Shown piece by piece: positions 22,350 through 32,286 of a stretch of DNA of 34,855 nucleotides (position 1 is the stretch's first letter; each line of letters starts with the position of its first letter). Below the pieces are notes generated by a model. It was given only the letters and a program-made list of their open reading frames with translations. It did no database searches and had not been told where the DNA came from. Both the position numbers and the translations under genes were made by a program. Source of the DNA: Salisapilia sapeloensis CBS 127946 (Eukaryota; Protista; Oomycota); contig JAADVB010000206.1 in NCBI GenBank assembly GCA_023334545.1, forward strand, positions 1 to 34,855, read 5' to 3'.

Positions 22350-24138
22350 TTATTCCACTGCATCTAAAAACTCTTCATATTCCTTGCGCACGACCAATGC
22401 TTCCTGTAGCCTCTTCTCGAGTTCCTCTGACGTAAGCTCATCCGTCTCTTGCTTTCGTTGTTTGCAAATGCATTTTGCTTTCCTGCGCTTACACTTTCGA
22501 CACATAGTGTCGTCCTATCGATAGATAAGTAAAGAGTGTATCGTGTGCCAGGTGGGAGACGTACCTCTTCGCTCGTGTCTGCACTCTCTTCGATGATCTC
22601 CACCTTTTGTATCGGAGCGACGTCTGTATCGACTGGAATCTCATCGGCATTCGGGAGATCGTAGAAGAGCGACATGAGCTGCCCTACTTCATGCGCATCT
22701 AGCTTAAGTAGCTTTTGCGTCCTCTCTCTATCGATTACAGTCGTTAGCACATCAATAGGCATGATGGTGTATGGTAGACATACCCTAGATCGCCAGTGGT
22801 GACATCCTCTGGTCGCTTTCCATGTGCTGCCAATAGCACTAGCGCTGCAATACACGTCCACTACATCCTCGTCAGTAACGTCTATTTAGATCGTAGAAGA
22901 AGGCGGTACCTGATGAGCATTCCTAGAGTCCACAGCCTCTCGTAATGCAAAGCTTTGTGCGATATGATCAAACTTTTTCATCACATATCGATCGGTACTT
23001 AACGCTAATTCTTTTGCAACGACAGGTAATGGTCGATGAATCACGACTGAGAGTGCATTCCATCGCTGCACGCGAACGTGTTGATTCACTTTCTCCGTCT
23101 CGCCTTCTTCTTTCTCTGGAAGAGGAAGACGGAGAGATAGGAGCTGCGTCTCCTGTGTGATCCAACTTGACATCATTCGCCAGAGATTGGCGAAATGAGG
23201 TAAATCATGGATCGTCACCTCTTCTTCATCGTCACAATCGGAAATATCGAAACTACTGACGGAAGAAGCTCCTTCTGACTCTGCATCACTTTCGTCACTG
23301 TCACTAACTACTAGTTCCTCTTCTTTCTCTCCGTCTTTCTGAAGTAGAGCTTCGACTTTCTTTGCCATACGCTGTTTATGCGATGGAAAGACAAATCCTT
23401 CAATGTTGACGGCTTGACTAGCATCTGGGAAAGATCTGTCTGGTTCCTTGCTTTCATTCTCTTGTATCTGCATGGGTGTCTTGGACGACAAGGAAGGTGG
23501 GACGGACAGAACAGAGGAATGAGACGGTTTACTACTTCTTTCAACGATACCAAGATCGTCCGTTTTAGACCAAATAGTCTTGGCTTTTGGCACAGATGCG
23601 GACTTGTTTGTTGGAATAGTGTTTGTGGAAGGAAGTTCCTGAAATGGATTCGGTCGGTCCGAACCAAATACTTCTCTTAGAGATGGTACTAGCTGCGGTG
23701 GCTTCGTTGCTAGCTTGGATGCAAATACCTTGGCTTTCTATCATGATGCTGAGGTTGGTATGATAGATATTATAAACTTACTGGATATCAAACCTCTAGG
23801 CAATGGGAGGAACAGAATTTATTCTCGTGCTGCGCATCATAAATCTCTTTTCTGGCAAGCGAGACACGATATTTTGCTGCATTTCTACCACATACATCTT
23901 TGTAAGCACCAAGAGTCGTATAAGTGTATATAATAGAGCCTTACATAGGTAATTGATTGGAGCATGGTGGGAAGCCACAGAGACCTTGGACAGATCGTTC
24001 CTCAAATACAGTTTCCATGTGCTTTGGCTGGAGAATTTTGGCACACCGGTCCAAGTACTCGAGTGGAATGCCACCGTAGATCAAAGTGGACATGAGGACG
24101 AATCCTTCTCGCACATTAGAGCCATCGACCTCGGTCAT
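22350..24138 (-). CDS. RPAP2: RNA polymerase II CTD phosphatase RPAP2/Rtr1, multi-exon
   Basis: EERSVQGLCGFPPC..KYRVSLARKEIYD..FCSSHC is the RPAP2/Rtr1 zinc domain. Acidic linker follows; last exon after intron 22515-22564; stop at 22350-22352. Confidence 0.88.
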
Positions 24139-24505
24139 TCTCACTTCTTTGTTCGTGTCGATCAATTCTTGTCTCGAATGGTGCTACTTTTACGAGATTC
24201 AATATAAAATAAATAAACGGAGTGTGTCAATATAAATATCAAAGAAAAGATGCGGTCTTCTAGAAGAAACATCCATAAAATTCCAATTGTTGCCAGTTCA
24301 TAGAAATTTATCCACGCAAGTTCGTAGAGAAAGTGCCAACTTTAGTATCGGAGAAAGGTCCGGTACGCTGTCTACTAGCACTTTTCTCCTCCACGAGAAC
24401 TACTAGCATTGAATACAAGCTCCAGTGTTATTTACATACATCCCAGTCTACTGGAGACAAGTAGCATCAAGGAGAAGAGCTTCCAAAGGAGTCGTATAGA
24501 AAAGC

Positions 24506-25411
24506 ATGAGTGGGACGATGTACATTCGCTCGGACTTTGCCGCCCTGCGTGTGCAAAAGGACATTAATGAAGTATCTAAGTTATTCTAGAGTACGAATGC
24601 AACGATTATTAATACTTGTTCTTGTGCTTATAGCTCGCAAAAGCGAAATTCACGTGTGCACAAGCGACGACGGGGATCGAGTTTCCTGATGGGATGGATA
24701 ATATGCTCCACCTCGTCTTCACAATCGCTATTGCCGACACTGCTGGTCCCTATGCCAATGGCAACTTTACTTTTTATGTGAATATCCCAAGGACATATCC
24801 CTTCCATCGTACGATCCTCTTATCATCTTCCAAAAGTACTGTACTAAAGTCTCTTGCCTATAGCTCCAAGCGTCAAGTGCCTTACAACGTAAGCTTTGCA
24901 TCTATCGAATCTGAATCAAGATACTTATCTCTCTTCTAGCGTATGGCATCCGAATGTGGATTTAAACACAGGAAAAGTAATGATGCCGATCTTGGCGAAA
25001 GACTGGCGACCCGTCCTGAGCATTAACACGGTCCTCCTTGGTCTCCAGGTACGTCTATCACCCACAGAATCCATCACACGGTAACTAACGTCGGTACAGT
25101 TAATCTTTGTCGAGCCAGGTATCGACTACGTTTTGAATCCGACGGCGGCGGAGCAATTGCAGGCAGACCCGGACCAGTTCAGACACATGATGCAGCAGAT
25201 GCTGCGTGGTGGAAGGTTCTACGACAAAGATTTTCCTCCACATCCTCGGCAATTGGAACGTTTGAAAACGACTGCGCTGTGCAAGCGTCGGCGTGAAGAT
25301 GAGCCGACGATTGAATCTGTTTCGGAGCAATCGATGGACGAGTGCATGGCATGGCACGCCGAGCCCGTGACGACAATGCCCATGTACAAACGTGCGAGAC
25401 ACTTGGAGTAG
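24506..25411 (+). CDS. Ubc12/UBE2M-like E2-fold protein lacking the catalytic cysteine (pseudo-E2), 5 exons
   Basis: AALRVQKDINE, GPYANGNFTF.V.IPRTYPFHPPSVKCLT, WHPNVDLNTGKVMMPILAKDWRPVLSINTVLLGLQLIF.EP..LNPTAAEQL..RGG closely parallels Ubc12 ([23 protein letters not shown]..LRGG). Confidence 0.88.
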
Positions 25412-26058
25412 TGAAGACGCGTCGATCGTCTTTTCGTCGAGCCTAGTTTGTACGGTGTATTTAAACCTACTTGGTAAGGACGCATGCCGGCGACGGAGTT
25501 AGAGTAAAGACGGAGAAAGTAGGATATTAGAAGTATGATGAAGAAGGATTTTTGCATGCGACATCGAGATATCCATTGTCTAGTGGTCGGATACGTCTGC
25601 CATTCTTGTTCTATAAAAGCGACGTGCACGTGTCCGACTCGATGTACCTGTCATTGGATACTTCCGGTGCCAAACGTCACATAGAGCACTGCTGCGTGTC
25701 TTCAGATGTTGAAGTTGGCGGCACATCCGACGAAGGGCATGGGGCATTGCGCGTGCTTGGGGGTCATCTAAGACCAAGATGCCTGGTCTGTACCATCTGA
25801 CCGAAAGGAAGTGATCGCAAGCTAGCTGTAGTAGGTGCGAAGTATGCCAGCCATTCAGATATCGAATGTACTACAAAGAGACTTCGTAGCAACACGAAAA
25901 ACAAATTCCGTGTGGTGACTAATGTCGACTGTCGCACTTTTGCCTGACGTACCCTCATCCAATCTACAAACGTTGATACGTTTTAAAGACCACTTTCGAT
26001 CGATCCTCAGTTTTCAAGTTGTAACCTATCGCACAAGTGACCACTCTCCATCTAGACT

Positions 26059-26451
26059 ATGGGTATTCGACCGCAATTTAAAATCGGTGCTTTCCACTTG
26101 CACCAACAAGCTTCTGCGAATGGCGGACATGCTGTGCTGAAGAAGAAGACAAAGTATGTACCACAACTACTGACATCCGAGTCTACGCCCATGGAGCGGG
26201 AAGTTGCGGATGTCAAGGCCAAAGTGTTGCAAAACTACCCGCACAAGCAAATGCGCTTCAGTGTGAGCCACATGTGCCGTGTCGGTGCCCCGATCCGCGC
26301 ACCAAGCGATGTCAGCTGGAACGTCGTGCCGCGCACGGTCGTCAGCGGCAAGGCTGTCCCATTTACGCTGGCAAAGCACAAGTATCGCCGACGAAAGATG
26401 GTCAAGTTCCTCGCACGTATTGAAGAAGAACGACTTCGACCGGTCATGTAG
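26059..26451 (+). CDS. Hypothetical small basic protein (130 aa)
   Basis: ATG-initiated, intronless ORF with coding-like codon use; Lys/Arg-rich C-terminus; no family recognised. Confidence 0.55.
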   Translation: MGIRPQFKIGAFHLHQQASANGGHAVLKKKTKYVPQLLTSESTPMEREVADVKAKVLQNYPHKQMRFSVSHMCRVGAPIRAPSDVSWNVVPRTVVSGKAVPFTLAKHKYRRRKMVKFLARIEEERLRPVM

Positions 26452-26942
26452 TACGACTCGATCGATAGGATAGTACCCGATAGCGATAGGATAGCTAGTT
26501 TCAATGCGTCTACCGTCCGCAATGTCTAATGGAGAGCAGGGTTGCCCATGCATGTCATTGATCTTGTTCCCATGCTTGTACAGGACAAATGCCTTAGACA
26601 GCGCGGACATTTCAAATTATTAACAATACACACAAAAATATTTCTCCAAGTATTTCGTTAACTCGTACGTCTCCTACACATCCCTCGCGTAGAGGACGCA
26701 CCATTTGCTATCCAACGAATGTTCCCGAGTAAAATCCACTTTGGAACCTACATGAGATCTCTTTCTGTCTAGATGTACTGCTTTACTATGAAGACGTAGT
26801 GTCTTGAACAGCATCTTTTTGCAATGCATCAATACACAGAGCTTGCGGTGTATCATGACTCGTGCATGGTGGTACTCCCGAATGTGTCAATCACGTATAC
26901 GACCTTTGAGAATCGCATTTTGACAACCATCCAACACGCCAA

Positions 26943-27698
26943 ATGCAGGAGCAGGAGCACGAAACGAGGAGCTCGATCGAGCAATTGCAAAATGATGCTC
27001 AATCTGTGCCTCCAGTCGTTGACCTCATTCGCCAAGAAGCAGATCTTTTCCGTCGATTGATGTACAAAAATCATAATCAGCATCGACGAGCTCCGTACTA
27101 TCACAGTTTGCAGCTTGTGAAACGATGCTTGCGTGATCTACCGCTAAAGCAAGTTCGGTCTGCGTTTATTGAAGCAAATTCACTGCTGACAGACTTGACG
27201 GTCGAAGAGGGAATGCATCATATCTCTTGGAAACGCTTATCCACCGACCTTGTCACCAAAACGGACTCTGTATTAAAGCATTTGGTCTCCATATCCTTAC
27301 AAGCGACCGAGGTAATCCCTTCTCTATATATACTACCATTGCTTTTGTTCATATAGCTTTGCTGTAGATCATCCAAGCGATAAGAAAGGCTTATAAAGGT
27401 ATATATTACGTGTAAGTCAACTAAACTTTTACTTACCTCTTGCGTACGACTAGGCTTGGTCTCTCAATTCGCTCAGACATACTTTATGCCGTTCACTCTA
27501 ATGATGAATGCTATCTTGGCTCGACTCAAGACACTATTCCAGAACATCCTGGTCCTTTCGATTGAACTACATGGTGGTATCAGTCTCCTCTACCTCCATG
27601 AAGTCACCAAGTCCAATCCACTACGTGCCAAAGTCACATCTACTCAACTACAAGGATACCAGCTACCTGCAATAGTTCTTACGATAGCGAATACATAG
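26943..27698 (+). CDS. NEPRO: NEPRO/Rmp1-like protein (RNase MRP-associated), 3 exons
   Basis: EADLFRRLMYKNHNQHRRAPYYHSLQLVKRCLR and QTYFMPFTLMMNAILARL match the Rmp1/NEPRO N-terminal domain pattern (LY.N.N.HRR..; F...A.LAR). Confidence 0.75.
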
Positions 27699-27828
27699 TA
27701 ATAGAGACAAAATTGGAACGAAAAAGGGAAGAAGCATGCACGGTACAAATGGACTCTTGTCACGACTATTGGAACATTAGGAAAGCTATTCAATGAACCA
27801 ACTAGGTCGACGTGTCTGGTACGTGGGA

Positions 27829-28380
27829 CTACAATGTCTGGAAATTATCCGATTGCATCTCAGTGTCCTCCGACATTGATGTAAAGTGGACTTCCATGCC
27901 CTACATAAGACTTAGTTTTATCTCTTTAATTCATATTAGTCGTACAACTATCGTACCTGAGTATTGAGATCTAGCACACGCGTTGTCATCTCTTCATCCA
28001 TTTCAACTTGGACGCCGACACTCGCTTTTTCAGGAGCTATATTACGATTTAGTCTGAATACATAGAAGTCACATAGAAATAAACGTACGTGCACACGAGC
28101 ATGACTTTTTCGTCAACCCACATCGGTTGCATTTATAGTTGGTAGGCACGAGCGGACACACATGCCCTTTCTTCGGCTCTCCACACTTGCTACAACGATA
28201 ATTGCCTCGATTACGTGCTTTGCCATAGGCATCTCCGACGTCAAACGTAGCATCCGAGTCCATGCCAGTGCCTGAGCTAGTCATAGACACTTGCTGCGGG
28301 ACACTCTGTAGTTGCTGCATGAACCCACTTTCGTTATTCACGCCAGCCATCGGCATGTCGGTGCCCATATTAAAGTTCAT
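27829..28380 (-). CDS. Small protein (about 147 aa) with two Cys clusters (putative zinc fingers), 3 exons
   Basis: MNFNMGTD..YRCSKCGEPKKGHVC..YKCNRCGLTKKSCSC; two GT-AG introns splice in APPEKASVGVQVEMDEEMTTRVLDLNTQ/GMEV..QTL*. Confidence 0.8.
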
Positions 28381-28544
28381 CTCGTGTCTTCGGACCTTAT
28401 CCTTGATTCTTTCTTTTCTGATTCTGGACTCAGGAAAGAAAAGGTGGTCCACACAACCAGTCGACACCAAACAACACAATTCAAAAAGGTAGGCACGAAG
28501 TCGCGTCGATTCGACCTCTTGAGCAAGCATATCTCGGTCTAGAC

Positions 28545-30335
28545 ATGTCCTTTGGCTTCGGAAGTAATAGTGGTGGAAACACGGGTGGTAGTAGTGGTGG
28601 ATTCAACTTCGGGGGAACGTCACAGTCGGCGGGTGGTAGCTCTGGAAGTGGCTTTGCCTTTGGTGGCTCGAATGCATCCACTTCTCAGCCAGCAGCTAGT
28701 GGTGGCTTCGGATTTGGTAGTACCTCGGCTTCGACGCAGCAATCTAGTAGCTCTGGAGGATTCGGATTTGGTGCCCCAGCTGCATCATCTTCCGGGACGA
28801 CGACAGGTAGTGGTGGATTCGGATTCGGAGCCACATCGTCCACGCCAGCAGCGTCTTCAGGAACGACCGCAGGTACGAGTGGTTTCGGATTTGGAGCGTC
28901 CTCATCAACACCAGCAGCATCCTCAGGAACAACCACAGGTAGCAGTGGCTTTGGCTTCGGAGCGACGTCATCGACTCCGGCCTCATCTTCAGGAACTAGC
29001 AGCTTTAGCTTTGGAGGTACTTCCAGTGCACCTACGACATCCGCAGCCACATCGGCTGGGGGTTCCAGCGGCTTTAACTTTGGCGCCACTGCGACCTCCA
29101 CAACAGACAGCTCTTCTACCACGACCAAGCCATCCTCTGGCTTTGGATTCGGTGCTCCGGCCTCTGGATCAACCGCAAGCACGACGAACACGACCGGTAC
29201 TTCGTCTAGCACTGGTACAGGCAGTGGCTTTAGCTTCGGAGCGACCTCTGCGGCACCGGCAGCCTCTTCTGGTAGCGGCTTTAGCTTCGGTGGCAATAAC
29301 ACGTCGGCTTCGTCATCCTCTGAAGCTACTTCCGCGACTTCATCGACGTCTCAGCCGAGCGGATCGACCACGACGACTGCTCCAGCGACCTCTTCTTCTA
29401 GCAGCTTTAGCTTTGGAGCACAACCAGCGACGTCTAGCTCTTCCTTTAGCTTTAGCGGCATGAGCTCCGGATCCTCTGGTACGTCTGCTGCGCCAACATC
29501 CACGAGCACTAGCTCTAATGCTGGTGGCTTTTCGCTCAACTCGACAACATCTAGCGGTACGAGCACTGCTGCTGGGTCCTTGTCGGCTACTTCAACGTCC
29601 ACGACTGCGGGTGCAACTGGAGCGTTGACGACGCCGACGGAGGTGGAGAAACCACCTGCAGAGTACATGGGCAAGACAGTCGAGGTACAAGCTCTTTCTA
29701 GTGCACTATGAAAACTTTGTTTTAATTGTTGATGTAGGAAATTATTAATATGTGGAGTGAGCAATTGGAACGCAATGCTGATACGTTTACGACGGAAGCT
29801 GTGAAAGTGAGCATGTGGGACAATGAATTGATCGATTGTCAGAAGAAAGTGGGTGATACGGCCAGTGACGTTCGTCGACTGAATGTGGCACAAAAGGAAT
29901 TGGATACGAACCTCGATACGATCTTTGCATATCAGATGGAACTCAAGTCGACATTGGAGGTAGATTTTGTATACGAACGTTTGTTTATAAAATTTTGATT
30001 GACTTGGATGATAGCAATTGGAAAGTGGTGTCGACAAAATGTTTGAACAACAGTCCCAACTACCACTTGCGGCAGATACGGAGCGAGAGCAGACGTTGCA
30101 GCTGTCGGTCGATCTGGATGATCAGCTAAACTCGATGTCCACGACGTTGAAGGAGACAGTGGAGAAGCTGAACAAGGCGGATCAGGAGGAGACGGATGAT
30201 GATGACCCAGTCGCACAGATTCTCAAGGTCTTGAACGTCCACCAAAACTCGCTCCAATGGATCGAATCGAATGCGGACAATATTAAGGAAGCTATTGGAG
30301 ACTTGTCCAATCGACTTCAGAACTCATCGATCTAA
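28545..30335 (+). CDS. NUP62: Nucleoporin Nup62/Nsp1 (FG repeats plus Nsp1_C coiled coil), 3 exons
   Basis: Ser/Thr/Gly-rich FG repeats, then KTVE/EIINMWSEQLE..FT.EA.KVS.WDNEL, ELD.NL..I..YQ.EL, ERE.T.QL..LD.QL..M..L, and I.KVLN.H.NSLQWI. Confidence 0.95.
28806..29003 (+). repeat. Coding FG repeat, 66-nt (22-aa) period, three copies
   Basis: Units start at 28806, 28872 and 28938, each encoding G(S/T)(G/S)GFGFGA(T/S)SSTPA(A/S)SSGT.. Confidence 0.9.
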
Positions 30336-30720
30336 GTAGACAAGATGATTTTTCTACCATTTATCGCATTTTCAGTTGTTTTTGCTCTTATTGGAGGAAG
30401 GTCTAGAGTAACGAGCGGTTGAAATGAGTCTCTTGGCTTTATTGCGAGTAGCTCTATCGTAGCGTCTCGAATGCAAAGTCGGTTTGTGTATGGTATTGCA
30501 TAGTAAGCTAGACACAGACGACTGGTGAGATATCTACCTCTTTCACATGGTCTTCATGATGGATTGGTAAGTGCTATAGATATGACAGTATTTGGATGAT
30601 ACTTTCCCACTCTAGCCAATATAAAGCCATGAACAAGAAGCTAACATTGGCAAATTAGTCTTCATGGTTATTTCTTGTTCAGATGATCTAAAGTCATCTT
30701 ATAGACGCTTCTGACTCGGA

Positions 30721-31536
30721 TTACTTTTCTACATCCTGAAGATGGTTGTCAAACGGGGCTTGTGCCATGGATGCTGGCATCTTCCAGGCTGGAAAACGCA
30801 TGCCAGCATCAAGACGGACGTCGGTACCGTTGATGTACGGGCTCTCTAAAATCTGCTGAGCTAGTACGGCGTAGTCATTGACTTGACCTATGCGATATGG
30901 GAACGCAAGCGAGTCCTTTAGTACATCTGGAACCTCGTCTAGTGGAGACATTGGCGTGTTGAAAGAGCCTGGACTGATGGATACGACCCGAATTCCATAG
31001 ACTGCAAGGTCTCTTGCCATGGGGAGAGACATACCCAGGACGCCGGCTTTCGAAGCACAGTAAGCGGAGAGAAAACCAGGTCCGTCGTGTGCTGCTGTTG
31101 AACCAGTGTTGATAATGACACCACGTTCGCCTTCAGAATTTGGCTCGCCTTTCGACATTCGTTCGGCACCTAGACGACAGGTATTAAACGTGCCGAACAA
31201 GTTGACTTCACATAGACGTTTAAAGTCTTCATACGGATATGCTCCAGCAGGGCTTACAACCGGCATACGGCTTTCAATCCCAGCGCAATTCACAAGTACG
31301 TTAATAGGCTTCCCAAAAGCTTTTTCAGCTTCATTTAAGGCCTTGATAACGTCTTCTTCGTTGGCCACGTCTCCACAAACAAAGATAGCATTGCTCCCAA
31401 TTTCTTTCGCGACATCCTCTCCATTGTTGGAAAGATCAAAGATGACTACTTTGGCACCCTGCTTACCAAAACGCATTGCGGTCTCTTTTCCCATGCCAGA
31501 GGCACCGCCGGTAATCATAGCCACTTTCGCTTCCAT
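30721..31536 (-). CDS. HSD17B10: Short-chain dehydrogenase, HSD17B10 / 3-hydroxyacyl-CoA dehydrogenase type 2-like (paralog A), intronless
   Basis: TGGASGMG, VNCAGI, VNLFGTFN..RL, GERGVIINT.S, YCASK, LPMARDLA..GIRV, PYING..VRLD. Confidence 0.9.
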   Translation of the reverse strand: MEAKVAMITGGASGMGKETAMRFGKQGAKVVIFDLSNNGEDVAKEIGSNAIFVCGDVANEEDVIKALNEAEKAFGKPINVLVNCAGIESRMPVVSPAGAYPYEDFKRLCEVNLFGTFNTCRLGAERMSKGEPNSEGERGVIINTGSTAAHDGPGFLSAYCASKAGVLGMSLPMARDLAVYGIRVVSISPGSFNTPMSPLDEVPDVLKDSLAFPYRIGQVNDYAVLAQQILESPYINGTDVRLDAGMRFPAWKMPASMAQAPFDNHLQDVEK

Positions 31537-31563
31537 TGTGCTATTTTCTTCTTAAAGGTCCAA

Positions 31564-31684
31564 GGGAAATTGTCGAATGAGCAAGATATGAAGGGAAGAT
31601 GAAGAGTGCATAGAATGCGCAGGGAATTTCACGAGTGAGTAAGATGTGGCGGGAAGATGAAGAGCACATAGAATGCGCAGGGAA
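31564..31684 (-). repeat. 58-nt tandem duplication in the SDR paralog A promoter
   Basis: Copies at 31564-31621 and 31622-31679 share GGGAAGATGAAGAG..CATAGAATGCGCA, followed by a third GGGAA start. Confidence 0.9.
31567..31582 (-). promoter_or_regulatory. Oomycete INR/FPR core promoter of SDR paralog A
   Basis: Minus strand GCTCATTCGACAATTT versus consensus GCTCATTYYNCAWTTT, 30 nt upstream of the ATG. Confidence 0.75.
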
Positions 31685-32286
31685 AAATATATTGCTCGAT
31701 TCATCAGATTACTACAACAGTACAACACTTAAAGATGTCATTTACGTGTTAGGTACATGACAATATGGAAGTACGTATCTTGGCTAGTATTAAGTTCATT
31801 CTAATGACTCTTTGACGTAGATACGCACAGAAATGGAATCAATGATTTGCCGGTTGAAAGCTACTTTGCCAATGTCGTGTGCTAAGTTCGAGTCGCAAAC
31901 TTGGAATGTGTCTGGAAACCCAGGTTATCAGAAAACCTTGTGAGATCACAAGTATATACATCGAATAGTACGTATCCATACATACAATGGAAAAGCCGAT
32001 ATACACATTGGCACCTAAGCTAAGCTCAGCAAATAGAAGCCTTCACTTTATCTTCTGACCCTCTCACTATTTCTACCTCTTCCATCAAGCTTAATGCTGA
32101 ATGTCATTTAGAACAGGGCGGACGTATCTATCTTTAGCCTAAGAAGGAGCATGCTATAATTAGTATGGAATCGTTTAAATAAACCATAAAGTGGAAACAA
32201 GAGGTTTTAACGCGATTTTTTGGATATGCCTTTAAAGTACTCTACCCTAGGAGAGACTTGATGCTGACACACGCTTCCAGTTCGGA

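Noticed and set aside
25430-25960. Possible small minus-strand gene joining ..KYPMT to EQEWQTYP.. through GTACAT..TTTATAG
   Set aside because: The intron would be 37 nt, shorter than the others here (about 50-70 nt); there is no credible start or family similarity, and the frame runs antisense into the pseudo-E2.
26167-26610. 147-aa minus ORF MSALSKAF.. overlapping the 130-aa + gene
   Set aside because: Mostly the antisense shadow of the + ORF. I could not build an independent splice model, although I cannot fully exclude a real first exon.
31564-31684. 58-nt direct repeats, and the 183-nt and 66-nt repeats, as a CRISPR array
   Set aside because: Eukaryotic context, head-to-tail copies without unique spacers, and no cas genes.
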